A DNA stretch of 63,244 bases, filler included, from Sphacelaria rigidula (GCA_964200075.2; 10 parts of 10 records of this genome joined end to end with filler, not necessarily neighbours in it); one strand, 5' to 3'; positions 12,671-24,889 are shown, numbered from the whole stretch's first letter. The notes: generated by a model not told the origin, from the sequence alone. Numbers and translations are program-made.

Positions 12671-12803
12671 TACTGGGGATATCCCGAATGAATTTACAAA
12701 CGGGGTTGCCCTGACTCATATTTTTGTGCATCTAGAATCGTTAGGAGCCCCTGAACTAGACATAATTTCACGATAAAAGTGCACTCCTACCGTAGCATTA
12801 CTC
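12671..12803 (+). mobile_element. Right half of Sola-like MITE family A (cut by the contig start)
   Basis: Matches ~29505-29636 and ~35125-35256; ends CCTACCGTAGCATTACTC. Confidence 0.8.
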
Positions 12804-13358
12804 AGGGGCACCTGCAGCGGTCTGGCACACAACCACATATAACCATACATGAACCTGACAGGCTCCACGGAACCCCTCAGTCCAATTTTGTACCTCTCGA
12901 GCCGATGCTCTTCTTCAACCGAGCACGTATGCCGGGCTTAGTAACAATACTTTGTGTCAGACACGCGCCTGGAACACCCACAGACACAAAGGGGTCGCAA
13001 CGGCAGGCTTTTGGTTGTCCAACGACACGCACGTGGCCGCCATTCCTCCGATACTGGACGTATTGGATCAAGCAGATAATACTGTGAGTAGATGATCAGG
13101 AATATTTCAACGTCGGGTCCAATGCGCGCGAGTGATGGGTTTCAGTGCTGTAGAGGTATCTTAAACTCGAGGTTCCTGTTATTCAGGTTTCGACACTATA
13201 GCAGGAACCTAGAGTTTGAGACACTGTGCCTCTGGTGTGAAGTGTGTAGGTGTTGTGTTGCCTTGTCACGTCTTGTTTGTATGGAGACAGGGATGTGGGA
13301 CCAACGACCCCCCCGCATGTTGATCGAGATGGACCATGCCATAACGATGCCATGTTTC

Positions 13359-14740
13359 GGGTTCAGAACAGCTCTTCTCTCGCTACGCAAAACGCCTTTT
13401 TTCATCAGCATGTGGATGTTGGGCATCTATATACAAAGTCCCGGAGGATCCCTGACCGCTTTTGACCCTGTAGTCTACTGCGTGAAGTCAGTATCCATGC
13501 CGTATGTGTCCGCTGAACACAACAGCAAGAAATAGTCACGTGCATTCGTTTTCCACCGAGCACAATCTACTGCATGCTGTCGATACGTCTGCTTAGTGTT
13601 CCACAACACTAGAGACAGTCTGAAGCTATGCTGGCAAACACATGAGGGGTCAGGCAGGCGGCACAGACCACGAGCAGGGTATAGAACACGTTGTCTATGC
13701 CCATGTAACCTATGGTTGAATTGTCCTTACCAAAAACAAAATGATAAATACAGCTTGACAGCGAAGATGTCCACGTGGAGGGGAACAACGTCACCATTTT
13801 GATAGCCTTGATTGGTCAGATTAGTCACTCCGCTCCTCTCGGGCCTCGTTCCCGGCTTACAATTTTCCGTGGGAAACTTCCAAAACCACATGGTTGACTT
13901 GGGCAGATTTTGGGCTGTTTTGCGAAAAGGCCCCTGCCCCATGTCAAAAACTATCCCCCCCCCGCCACTCCCTGGAAATGGTGAACGATTAAGGCAAGCA
14001 ACAAATGAGTACGCCCCCCGCTCCCTGGAAACCCCCAGATGACCCTGGACTGTCCGCCTGGGAAACTATTCCGAGGTGACGTTCGCTGTCCAACGCTTAA
14101 CTAACCCGTAGACAACGACTCCCCCGGAGGTGGACTGAGATGGCACTGAGATGGGTCATACCACAGTTGGGGTTCAGAACAGCTCTTTTCTCGCTACACA
14201 AAACGCCTTTTTGCATAATCATGTGTATACTGGGCATCTAAATAGAAAATAGTTCCGGAGGGCCCCTGAAATATTTTGACAGTGCAGTCTTTAGCGTACA
14301 GAGGTAGCATGCGTGCGATATGTCTCCCCTAGATACAACGGCAAGAAATAATCGGCGTGCCGTATGTGTCCGCTGAATACAACAAGAAATAGTCAGCATG
14401 CATTCGCTGTCCACCGAGCACAATCTTCTGCATGCTGCTGACGTCCATGCTCAGTCTTCAACGATACTAGATGCAGTGTGAAGCTATGTTGGCAACACAT
14501 GAGGTGTCAGACAGGTGGCACAGACCACGAGCAAAGCGCAAAAAAATATTTGTACCCATGTAACCCATGGCTAAACTGCCATGACCACAACGAGAACTAC
14601 CGGTAGACAGCGTGGTAGGCCATCTGTAGCCCACCCGTAGGGGAACTACGTGCTCATTTTGACGGCCGTGATTGGTCAGAATGGTCATTCCGCGACTCTC
14701 GGGCCTCGTTCATGGCTTAGAATCTTCCGCGGGAAAATCA
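13359..14740 (+). repeat. Diverged direct duplication (~13359-13880 and ~14170-14740)
   Basis: Shared blocks GGGTTCAGAACAGCTCTT, CCGTATGTGTCCGCTGAA, CCACCGAGCACAATCT, GGCACAGACCACGAGCA, TGATTGGTCAGA. Confidence 0.8.
13979..14020 (+). mobile_element. Severely 5'-truncated RTEX-like LINE 3' end
   Basis: AAGGCAAGCAACAAATGAGTACGCCCC matches the tails at ~22860 and ~26095; TSD CTCCCTGGAAA at 13968-13978 and 14021-14031. Confidence 0.8.
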
Positions 14741-15379
14741 AACACGCATGCTTGTCTTGGTGAGCTTTTCGGCTACTCTGGGGAAAAGGGGTCTTGCTAC
14801 AGCTGTGTAGGCGTTGCGTTCGAGTACAAGAGCTAAGTTTGAGCCAAGGCTCGTGCTTTAGTATATGTATGCTGAAGGAGGAGCTACCTTCAAGCATAAT
14901 AAGATAGCATTACCTTTACCCCGTCATGGAAAAAATCTAGTGTGATTTGATAAGTGACAAGGATTATTGCACCATAGCTACTGTAACTCTTCGACGACGA
15001 AGTGTTGAGTATTCCACTGCGGGAGCAACCGTACACGGCAATACAACAATATCAATACACAAAGCCGTGCATTGGAACTCGTGGAGTCAAATGGACTGCT
15101 CCTCGGTCATGGGGTCAAGTTTTGGACCGCCCGGGGTGGCCACTTGAGTGAGCAGCATCATTTTTACTCGAAAAAGTGGAAGACCTAGATGATCACCCGC
15201 GGCCTTCTCTGGCGAGAACCCGACCTCGTGACAGTCCCGCAAGTTTGTGAAGGATGATCGTAGTGCAAGTGTAGGCGTGGGTGGTTCTTAGTGGACCAGG
15301 CCGCGCTGGTGTTTGATCAAATTCGCCCAATTCCACATATCGGACAGCTCATGACCTACTTGAGTATTACTTGTACTAT

Positions 15380-15407
15380 ATAGCTCATGATCCGGATCAT
15401 GAGCTAT
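15380..15407. repeat. Perfect 28-bp palindrome
   Basis: ATAGCTCATGATCC|GGATCATGAGCTAT; AGCTCA motif recurs nearby. Confidence 0.9.
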
Positions 15408-15766
15408 TAACAGCTCATTTGGCCTTTTTTTTCATATTTGCTCCGTACAGCAATGGACGCCGACGGAGTAGCGCAAAGACAGCGCTTCGGCCTCTCGGAC
15501 ACCGCTGTCTGACATCACGTCTTTGCTGTTCTTGGAGCAAGGATCTCAGAGTCCTCTTGGATTAGTTATCGTAGGTAGCTCACGACCTGTCCAACATGTG
15601 CACAATTTATTTTTTGACCCATAGGATTGCAGCGCGGCACGGTGAGAATTTCCTCCTCCGTATGCTCAAAACGCAAAAGCCGACCGACGTCGCATTCCCT
15701 TTCTCGACTCTCACAGCCATGAGCTGCCGCTAGGGCAGTAGGGGTTTACGCGGAGGGCAAGCTCAC

Positions 15767-15821
15767 CGCTGCGGTTCTCCGCACGTTGCTCCTGTCCATG
15801 GCAACCCGTCGTGTTCGTCTT
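15767..15821 (-). CDS. Putative 55-nt internal exon of an unknown gene
   Basis: CTGCAG| acceptor and |GTGAGC donor on the minus strand; open in all three frames; no homology recognised. Confidence 0.3.
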
Positions 15822-15862
15822 CTGCAGTTGGCTGTGGAGATTCGGGGGGGCGGGGGGTGGGG

Positions 15863-15935
15863 TGTACTCATGATCTTGCGTGCCATAGTCATAAGACCAT
15901 TGACATCGCATCCCTACAAAGCAGAGACGGGGCAC
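15863..15935 (-). mobile_element. RTEX-like LINE 3' end (subfamily 2)
   Basis: Minus strand GTAGGGATGCGA.GTCAATGGTCT.ATGACTATGGCA..ATCATGAGTA followed by a C-run; matches 38009-38090. Confidence 0.7.
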
Positions 15936-16606
15936 GCCGGGTTTTCGTTGGGCCAGGTTCGCAATCAATCACCAAGCGGGCAGCGCCATGGTGTGCCCAG
16001 CGAGTCGCATGAAGGGTGAGCTGCATCCTACTATGATTGTTCAGCCCGAAGCGCACTGATTATCTTGCAAATGGATGACAGACTACAATGAGTTGCTTCA
16101 TATTCTGGTATCACCACTTCCAGAGACGGGGGGCAGGGGGGGGATTCGCAAATCCCAAACAAAATCAAACTAATAACCACCCAACCTCACCCGCACGCTC
16201 CGCCCGGAGCACGTACACCCCACCAAATACACCACGCCGTCCACCCCTTTAGCAACAGCTGTGCATGTTTGACCATACGAACAGTATTGAAAGAGAGTTT
16301 TCGGCACCTTCGCGACCAGTGTACCAATGTACAATAGGCTTACGAATGAACACCTCTGGCGTGAGGCGTATGCGCGGCAACGGCCTTTCTGATAAGGACG
16401 TTGTCTTTGCGCACACAAAAAAACGAGCTATCCTGAATCCCCCGGTGAGAGAAAGGGAAAACAGCCCCCCGACATACGGGCGCCTCAAGGATAAAAAATT
16501 AGTGCTCATACCTGTCGTCCTGGGCAAACCCAACCTTGGGTGGGGTAATTTTGTTGCGTCATTTTCACAGGCTGGGGCCAATTCTCATGTATCAAGAAAA
16601 AAATCT

Positions 16607-17360
16607 TGTTGAAAAGTGCTTTTTGGCCCTGTAACAGTTTCAACGCAAAGGTGTTCTCAAACGGTCTCAACGGATAGAGCAAGTCATTCCGAGGTGTCAA
16701 CATCCGCCTGGCCCCTTTTTCGGGCTTAGAACGACGGAGAAGGGTCGAAGAGGCACTTTTCAACAATATGTGTATCCTTTTTTTTCTGAAACATAAGAAG
16801 TGGTCTTAAACCAACTCTAATGGGGGCCGTTAAAAATTCCTGTTGAAAACCGCATTTTGGGCTCTTCTCGGTCGTTTACACCTGAGAAGAGATTAGGTGG
16901 ATGTTGACGCCTTGGGATGACTTGCTCTACTCTTTGAGAACGCTCCAGGGTAACGTTGCTTTTCGCGCTGGCCGCAGTTTTGTTTTCGGCCAAACCAGGT
17001 CAAACACGGATTTTCGGTACAAAACGGTCAGGTGGTCAAATTTTTCCCCTGTTTTTGATCGCTTCACCGTTTTTTGTTGAAAATTCATGTTTGGCCGAGA
17101 ATAAAAGTGCAGCCAGCGAGAAATGCACACCCTGAACTATAGAATACAGTCAAAAACTGTACTCCGTTTAGTATCGATTATTGCGCCTATTGCAATAGAC
17201 AATATATTCCATACTGTACGCAGGGTGTGGAGAAATGCAAAGTTGCCCTAGAACAATCTAAATGAGTAAAGCAAGTCATTCCAAGGCCTCCATATCCGCC
17301 TAGCCCTCTTTTGAGGCGTAAATCGACGGAGAAGGGCCAAACAGGCAGTTCTAAACAGGA
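16607..17360. repeat. Copies of the foldback repeat unit arrayed in contig 9
   Basis: TGTTGAAAAGTGC / GCACTTTTCAACA and GAGCAAGTCATTCC..CATCCGCC..CGACGGAGAAG blocks in both orientations; match 52061-52470. Confidence 0.75.
17126..17229. mobile_element. 104-bp MITE with 8-bp TSD, nested in the foldback repeat
   Basis: TIR CACACCCTG / CAGGGTGTG; TSD GAGAAATG at 17118-17125 and 17230-17237. Confidence 0.85.
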
Positions 17361-17632
17361 TATTTGAACGGCTCCCATCAGAGTCGGTCCTCCTCTTGGG
17401 GAAAAAAAAAGAAGAGTCAAAATTGAAATCTGTGTTCGATGTTGCATTTGGGCGATAGCGAAAATATTTCAGACGTGTATGAGATTTTGAACCCATAGCA
17501 ATAAACATTCGACAAACCGAAGCTGCTCCGACGGTTGCTGTGCCCCTTGAGCAGCGCCCGGATCGTCCTCACGAGGGCTCTTCCTCGAGCACGCATGATG
17601 TGCACCTTTTGGCTTCGATCCTTCGAGAGATG

Positions 17633-17910
17633 GAGTTTACTTACCATTTGGTAGGTGCGGAAATTTCTAGGAAATGTATTATCTCGAACGACTCCAACTC
17701 TAACCCTGACCCTAACTCTCGGGCAAGGAAGGTGCAAAGTGTTCCCTGGGTAAAGTGCGCGTTGCGAGACCTCAAACCGACGTCGCAGGCGCCGATGAAG
17801 ACGAAAATACATTATGCGCACGCTAGGAGCACAGCCCCCATCAATATATTCGGAGGTGTCCACACTAGAACCAAGTCGGGAAGTCTCATACATACCAAAG
17901 TGGTAAACTC
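17633..17910 (+). repeat. Dispersed TIR-bounded repeat with CCCTAA-like motifs
   Basis: Similar to 43310-43661 (ACCCTGACCCTAAC, CTCGGGCAAGG.AGGTGCAA, CAGGCGCCGAT, AGGAGCACAGCCCC); no clear TSD. Confidence 0.65.
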
Positions 17911-18549
17911 TACTGAAGAGGTTACCCTTGTTGCCAAAATTACGCATTTTGGAATGGAAATACTACGAAACCGGTTGTACGCTGGTTCAAGACATCGTCA
18001 GCGCTCACCAAAATACGAAACCAAATGCATGTCATCAACCTACCTTGTACTGTAGTAGAGTCAGGCTACCTATGGATGCGTGAGCCTTGTATCGCCGGTG
18101 TTTCTACGCGATGCTGCATGTCCTATTTTTCGTCTCGGTGTCACTTCTGACCCCTCCACTTCCTCGTGGCGAGTCCGTGGTCTAGTGGTCTCAAAGATGA
18201 AGCCATCTCTCTTCCCGGTACATGATGCGCTTTACATCCTGGCATAACTATCTATGGTTAAAAGCGATTAACTTCTCGAAATCAGGAAACTAGAAGAGGA
18301 TTCTGGAAAATGGGAACGAATTTTCTTCATGGGAATGAAAAAAAGAAATGAAGTGTTCGGCATTGTCCGAAATTATACCCCTCAACGGCACCAATTTTGA
18401 AGGTACGAAGACCCTAATCCTGGTAACATAAAAGTTGCTAGCAAGCATACCCGGAGTGAATAATACCGGTAGGCGCCGGGGTCGGTTAAACAGAGATGTA
18501 CCAGGTAGATATCGCAACAACCTCACTGACTCGATTGTTAGACTTTCAA

Positions 18550-18651
18550 CCCTTAGACCGCCGTGCGGGTAGTCCATCTGGATCACACATACATTTTTCA
18601 AGAAAGCATTGATGCCGATTCAGCAGGTGATCTACCCTCACGGTCGAAGGG
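18550..18651. mobile_element. piggyBac-like MITE (~100 bp)
   Basis: CCCTTAGACCG...CGGTCGAAGGG with degenerate TTAA flanks (TCAA / CTAA); more copies at 43179-44140. Confidence 0.7.
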
Positions 18652-18905
18652 CTAAAAGTGGAGGCCCCCCACGGGTTCAGCCTCTACTTCCCTAAAAGGT
18701 GCCTTTGAAGGCGTCGTTCAGGGGTACCATTTGCCACGAGTCACGATTCCGAACACTTTATTTTCCTACCTATGCACAAAGATCACTCCAATTTTTCATA
18801 TTCCCCTGTTCAACTATTAGGATCTTCGTGGGGCTCGGAAATCGAAAGCATTCTAGCACAGGCACCGTAGGTAAGGTACCGTACCGAGCGTACTCCCGGT
18901 ATTTA

Positions 18906-19005
18906 NNNNNNNNNNNNNNNNNNNNNNNNNNNNNNNNNNNNNNNNNNNNTTAATTAATTAANNNNNNNNNNNNNNNNNNNNNNNNNNNNNNNNNNNNNNN
19001 NNNNN
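18906..19005. other. Artificial contig spacer
   Basis: N44-TTAATTAATTAA-N44. Confidence 0.99.
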
Positions 19006-19343
19006 CTCAGCCAGCACTCCAACACGTCGTACCTGCGATAACCCCCCCCCCCTCCCCCAAATAAAAATAAATAAATAAAAGAGCTGCGAAACTTAGAGCT
19101 GCTCGGTGTCACCCTCTGCAGTGCTCTCTGCGTGGAACAACATTGGCCTTCTTTTGAGAGATCAACACGAACCATTCCGGATTCTCAAAGCTCAAATAAA
19201 CTCCCGAATGTCAGCTTGGCGTGCTGGCTTGGAAGCGTAAGCTTCAATCATCGCCATCTTAGCCTTGTGAAGGAAATGGCTTTGCAGCCGGGGACCCGCA
19301 CTATGTAGGTCTCACAATGGTTCAAATGCGCACCAAACTGGAC

Positions 19344-19457
19344 GGTGCCCCTTATAGTGCGTTACCCGCACTAAACCGGGTTCCGTCTGTGACAAGCGAT
19401 TTCAGCCGCATGAAACCGGGCAGGCGCACTATATAGCCCGCACTATACAGGGCCACC
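19344..19457. mobile_element. Small MITE, possibly PIF/Harbinger-like
   Basis: GGTGCCCCTTATAGTGCG / CGCACTATACAGGGCCACC; flanks GAC / TAC. Confidence 0.5.
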
Positions 19458-19597
19458 TACTTCATGTCCAAATTTTGACGACGATGTCGCGGGAAAGTTT
19501 CCCCCCTGTACGTGGCTCTGGTTCGGTTTATGATTTTTTTATTAGCATGAACGATGGTGCGCACATGTACCGCCTCGTACCGGTGGTGGAAGTGGTG

Positions 19598-19850
19598 CAC
19601 ACCCTGGATAATGACATTAGATTGCAGTGTCAAAAGGTGTACTGCGTACAGTATCGACTATTGCGTCTATTGCGCTAGAAAATAGATTCCAGCGGCAAAC
19701 TTGTAACACGGTAATCTATCGCGGAGGGTGCGATAACATCACACCCTGAACAATATATGATCAGTAGTTGCAATAGGCAAAATAGTATACTGCGCCAAGT
19801 GTAGGCCTATTGCAACTGTTGACGGTTGTAGCCCTATTGCAACTGTTGTG
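19598..19850 (+). repeat. Decayed relatives of the CACACCCTG MITE
   Basis: CACACCCTG at 19598 and 19740; AGTATCGA.TATTGCG.CTATTGC shared with 17126-17229. Confidence 0.6.
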
Positions 19851-20494
19851 TGTACAAGTTACACCATTAGGTAGGAAGAAATAGGGGTTCGACTCCAGAA
19901 GCGTATTTTTTTCATGTACTGAACAGTATCTCATATTCTTTGTTGGGAACGGGAAAGGGTGAGAAGCACAAGAAATTCATTCAACGAGAGTTCACGCGGT
20001 AGGGAAGAGCTGATCCAATCCGTGATGATACCAAACTGCCAGACGCGTACCAGTATCGGGGGAGAGATGGGTTGATCCCTTGTGACCATGGACTCGTCTC
20101 AACCAAAGGCGATGGGTTGATATAAAAGTGTTGTGACGAAAAACAGTGGCAAACAATTGATTCAGATAGAATATACCACAACACGTTAACGCCTGGCTTG
20201 TGCAGTATCGCGAGTTCAGTTTGGACTATGGTATCGTCATCATCCTATCGGTCACTTGTGTTACCGTCTCACCTGTATACCTTTTTGTTTTGCCTGTAGG
20301 TTGAGGTGGGATACGCTCGGGTGCAGCAGCACTCAATACGAGAATGTTCTCGATTATTATGTCTGGCACGTTGTAGTATAATCGGGTATAGCGGTACTGT
20401 TTGATGTATCCCGTAAAATGGGTCGGGATGGGAGTACACGGGTGGCTTCAGGGTTTGAATTATTTCACGATATATAGGTATTGTGGACATCATC

Positions 20495-20603
20495 TGGGCT
20501 TCTTCTTATTATGCTAGCACGATTTTAAAAAAATGGTTTATCTTGAAAATAATGATGGTTCACTTTTTTGTAAAACCGTGCTAGCATAATGAGTAGAAGC
20601 CTA
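20495..20603. mobile_element. 109-bp hAT-like MITE
   Basis: TGGGCTTCTTCTTATTATGCTAGCACG / CGTGCTAGCATAATGAGTAGAAGCCTA; 8-bp TSD ACATCATC at 20487-20494 and 20604-20611. Confidence 0.85.
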
Positions 20604-20983
20604 ACATCATCATCTCACAGAATGAATAGTGGCCACATACCGCGTATATATATATATTTATATATACTTCACGTGTTTGGAAAACGCAACGGTAGAAACT
20701 AAAGGAGATATGCATGTTTCGATTTCTTGGTCCTCGTCTCTCTCAGTAGTGGCTTTCAGGTTGAAAACATGTTGCTTTTTTTTGTCTGGCGGTTGCCTGC
20801 AACTGTGACCGCCTCTCGCGCATCTCACTTGATTGGGCCTGAAATGCTTACTTCGCCCTCGAGCGCTGTGCCGTGCGCCGGATGTCCAAGAAATTCACGG
20901 CGTCAACGGGTCAGGAGAGTCTGTAACTGCCCGCTCGGTACGACGGTGTAGAGAAACGGCCCTGGCTTGAACGTCTCGAGTAT

Positions 20984-21244
20984 GTGCGATGCCGCGATAG
21001 CCCCCCCCCCCGAACCAACCCCAGAGCTGTCGCGAAGAAAATGGCCATCCAGCGCATGACAGCTGATTCAAGACTGCATAAAGCGCCTCATATGGGCGAC
21101 GTTGGCAATAACGATCCCAAGCGCGAAAGTTCCCAACGGCTCGGTATACTCGGCTTTTTTCATTTTGATTTCACATATGCATTTTGCCTCCTCAAATCAG
21201 CCGCTTTCCCCCGGGGGGGGCAGGGGGTTGTCGCCGCATCGGTT
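20984..21244 (-). mobile_element. Diverged MITE family B copy (261 bp)
   Basis: Interior is a diverged reverse complement of 3722-3969; starts GTGCGATGCCGCGATAGCCCC; TSD GTAT at 20980-20983 and 21245-21248. Confidence 0.75.
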
Positions 21245-22664
21245 GTATGGAGGTACCGACTATGCCGTCCCTTGATCGATTGGTTGGTTGGTTGCTGCAC
21301 AATAACCCATTCGCTGCAAATCCAGCCATGTTCATAAGATGCGCTCGCTGAGGGAAATAACTCGAGCAAAGAGTGAGTTTTACCTTTGGCTGCACGCCGA
21401 ACGGATATAGGAATTTGTGCGCGTGTTTCGGGTTGAGCCCCGTTTCTCTTGGCGACTTTGTCTTCCTGTTTTTACCCTCTTGGACAATAGCATCAAGCCT
21501 CAGTTTTCTAATCTTGGCATCTTTTCTCGGCGGCGGGGCAGCCTCTGTTCTCTTGATTCATCGATTGATTAATTGGCTGGTTAATTTGTTTTTGGGCCGT
21601 GTCTGTTCGAGACCTCAAAAAAAGTCAGTGTCCAAAATCAGCTTCGCCTGTGATGGGTCTTGGCGATATAACCCCTCCCCCTCTCCCTCCAAATAAAAAA
21701 CAGGAGATCGCGAACCCGATTTCTGGTAGCGGGCATCTGATTCCCGACAAGTGCCGTTGTGCCTTTTGAAAACTAGTTGGGCTGTATAAGAAAGCACGTT
21801 CCTCGTCGGAGAACATCAAAGTGCGGCGTAACCCCTCTACTGTACTACTGATACTCCCAGTACCGCTGTACTACGAGCATGCTGAATTGCCATACAATAT
21901 AGGTATTGTTCGATAATTCAAAATCAATCGCTCTTGGTTGAAGCAGTTTTGCCCTACATGACTTAGAATACGTAAATCGTCAATCATCGTGTTGGTGGGA
22001 TGAGAGAGTGAGTAACGTCAGCAGCGTTCACGGTTCATTGAAAGTTTTTGAATCTTTCCAGGAAAAGGCGTCATCGCCCGGGATGACGTCACCGGTGGAC
22101 CAGGGATTTTCCACCAATCAGAAATTTGCCTCTGTAACACGATCGATCAATCAGAAAACTGAGGGCACCTTTCATCTCTCTACTGGCATGCTCCTCAAGA
22201 GACGCACCGGATCACTTCACTTGATAGAAAAGTGTACACTGTACTGCTGCTGTACAGGACAGTGCAACACCTTCATTGGCGGAGTAGATAGCGGCTGAGC
22301 TCGTGTGTCTAACAGTTGGATCTAACGCGAGGCCATCGCAGAAATGCAGGGATGTGGGCACCAAACGAATAATGGGGAGAACATGGATCGGTCGCTAAGA
22401 AGCCGGCCATGATGAGAAGATAGGAGGACCTCACCAAGGTACAAAAGAAATTAATGGAATAACCTTTGACTCGCTCTGTAACAAAACTCGAATAGCGACA
22501 GACAAAGGACAACAAGGGTAGAAGGAGAAGATGAGTGTACTGCAGTAACGTTGACACTTTTCCCCTAGTGTACGGACGTTGGGCCATGAGAGGGTAACCC
22601 GATTCCCAGGGCGCTGATTTCCCCCCTTCCGCGACCCGAATTTGCCGTGAAATCATTTCGTACA

Positions 22665-22890
22665 GGCGAGGAAACGGTCGCTATACTAGGGGATGGATGG
22701 TGGCCACAAACGACGAAACAGGAAGGGGATAAATGATGTAAAATGATTTTGCGTTATATATGGAAACATCGTAATGATCGCCCAAATGTAGAGGTGTCTC
22801 TGTCAGGAGTAGGAGCGGTGCTCCGTCTCGACAAGGATGCGTGGTCAATGGCCAAATGACCAAGGCAAGCAACAAATGAGTACGCCCCCA
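22665..22890 (+). mobile_element. RTEX-like LINE 3' fragment in an intron
   Basis: Decayed ORF2 end (..ILGDGWWPQT..SRSGAPSRQGCVVNGQMTKASNK*) then a C-run; matches 25586-26117. Confidence 0.8.
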
Positions 22891-22962
22891 CCCCCCTTCC
22901 CACCCCCCACCAACTTTTCACGGCTCTTTTCATCGCTCGACCTGTGCTGCTTTCTCGCCCAG

Positions 22963-23049
22963 GTGCAAATAGACGAAAACAACCGGGGTTTCCAGCTGCT
23001 GGAAGGCATGGGCTGGAAGCTGGATGAAGGGTTAGGCGCGCGCAAGCAG
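22963..23049 (+). CDS. Internal exon encoding a G-patch domain
   Basis: VQIDENNRGFQLLEGMGWKLDEGLGARKQ fits the G-patch consensus; pyrimidine tract plus CAG acceptor; 87 nt, phase 0; CAG|GCAAGC donor. Confidence 0.85.
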
Positions 23050-23799
23050 GCAAGCCAAACTCACAGCAGAGTTATTGATATACGCAGTACAATACTATAT
23101 TATTACACAAGGTTCCCCTCCGGGAGGTTGGTACTGGCCTCCCGTGGGTGATGCAAGTCGAAAATGTATCAGTGTTATTCCTTTTCCATATTATGGAGGC
23201 ATTTGTGTGGGAGAATATGTACCTTCCAGTAGATGCTGTCACATTCCGCAGTTTCAATTGTCTCAGACCAAGAGTGGAGACCATCACGGGAAGAGGGGTG
23301 GGCACTTCCAGCATGAAAAGCTCGTATCACGGGCGGTGTGCGGAGGTGGAAAAACACCACCACACACGAGACCCGTCACAGCACACATCGCAAGTGATTG
23401 TTGCTGAAAAAAGGTCGCGTCCCGGTAGTACTCGGTGAACTTGTGCAGGGTTCTCTACATGCCGACCCCACCCCGCGCGCACGGATTTCAAATCACACTT
23501 GGTACACCTAAAGAGATGTACGTAAACAATGAATTGTACTCGATTTTACTTGATTTTAGAGTGAAGAAAGTTCTAAGAAAATTCATGATTTGGGACAGGT
23601 GAGTAGTGGTGAGCAGTAGACCCAGCTCGTCCAGAACGTGTCTTGGTCCAAAATTGGCTCAAAGGTGTCGATCTGAGCTCTCGCAACGCACACTTTACTT
23701 AAGAAACACTCTTCACCCCCCTTGCCCGAGGGTTCTCGGTATGCCTTCGCGGTGTTAGGGTTAGCATTAGCGTTTGGGTTGGCGGCATCTACAGGGTTT

Positions 23800-24480
23800 C
23801 ATCCATTTTTTACGTACATTTCTTCAGGTCCCCTCTGTGAAATACCTGCGTAGGGATGCATCCCTGTCACAAGGACATCTCTGTAATCCCTGTCACAAGA
23901 ATACCCCTGCGCCGGTACTACACAGGTGCATCCTGTGAGGGAACTCTCTCTTACGGGTTGCATGATCACAGGGATTTTGGTACCCCCTGCGCTGGTCCTC
24001 CACAACAGGTGACCCACAGTGGGGACGTTTGCCCACGTGTGTGCCTCGTTCAACTCGCCAACGGCTCATTGCACGATCTTGTGTTTGCTGCTGACTAAGG
24101 CGAAGGCAATGTTCAATTTTTTGTACTGCTTTTGCTTTCATGTTCTCGTGACATTCGCTGCATACCAGCCGTCTTCGTGCTCCCAAATCAACGAGATCTA
24201 AACGCGCGGTGAAAAAATACCCCGCAACGAACAGGCTTTTGTGATTCAGGTTCCTGTTTGAAGTTTTCCATCGTCTTGAAGAGGCTTTGGTGGTTCGGGA
24301 TCGACACCCCGCGAAAAAGAGCCAGTTTGACCGACTTCCGATGGCCAGAACACGCGCCACAGGTATCAGATGGCATCCAAACCTGAGCGGTAACATACCG
24401 CTGCGCCTTCTTCGTGCGCTGTGAAAGGAAGCGCGGGATGAAATGCCTCACTGCCGGAGAAAAATCGGCAAAAGTAGTGA
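23800..24480 (-). pseudogene. Probable Helitron remnant (Cys-rich region upstream of Rep, DUF6570-like)
   Basis: Frameshifted CGAC ... LVCSECHENMK..LNIAFAL...SLTGCTCVVP layout resembles Helitron N-terminal domains (by eye). Confidence 0.4.
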
Positions 24481-24737
24481 AAAATGTGAAATGATACATG
24501 TACGTATAGGACATGATTATGGCACCCATTTCAGCTGTATAGACGTCTGGCAGTAAAGATCACCACTCAGCGAGTGTTGGGGAATAAAAGTGCACGCCGC
24601 AGCGAGTGGAACTATCAAAGCGTTTCAGCTTTCATGCAATGCTTAATCCGTCGTAAATGGCCGCTTCAGCAGGCAGTGTTGTCGATTCCAAGCTGCACAC
24701 TAGGCCATCCGATAGATCTCATCTCGGTTCGGTGTCG

Positions 24738-24880
24738 ATTGACTGATATGATCGTCGAACATAAACTGATCCCCGGAGGACCCAGCGGTGGTCATTATCC
24801 ATGACTATCCTAAAGGTGAAGAGAACGACAACACTCACAACAGGACAGTCGAGGTAGGTGAACCTGAAAAAAAAGAACAA
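24738..24880 (-). mobile_element. RTE-type LINE 3' end
   Basis: Minus strand GGATAATGACCACCGCTGGGTCCTCCGGGGATCAG..TCAATC; same motif as at 7098, 42745 and 57613. Confidence 0.6.
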
Positions 24881-24889
24881 ACGGTGTGT

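Noticed and set aside
23750..23782. GTTAGGGTTAGC telomere-like motif (also CCCTAA at ~17700 and ~43400)
   Set aside because: Only 1-3 degenerate units, the latter two inside a dispersed repeat
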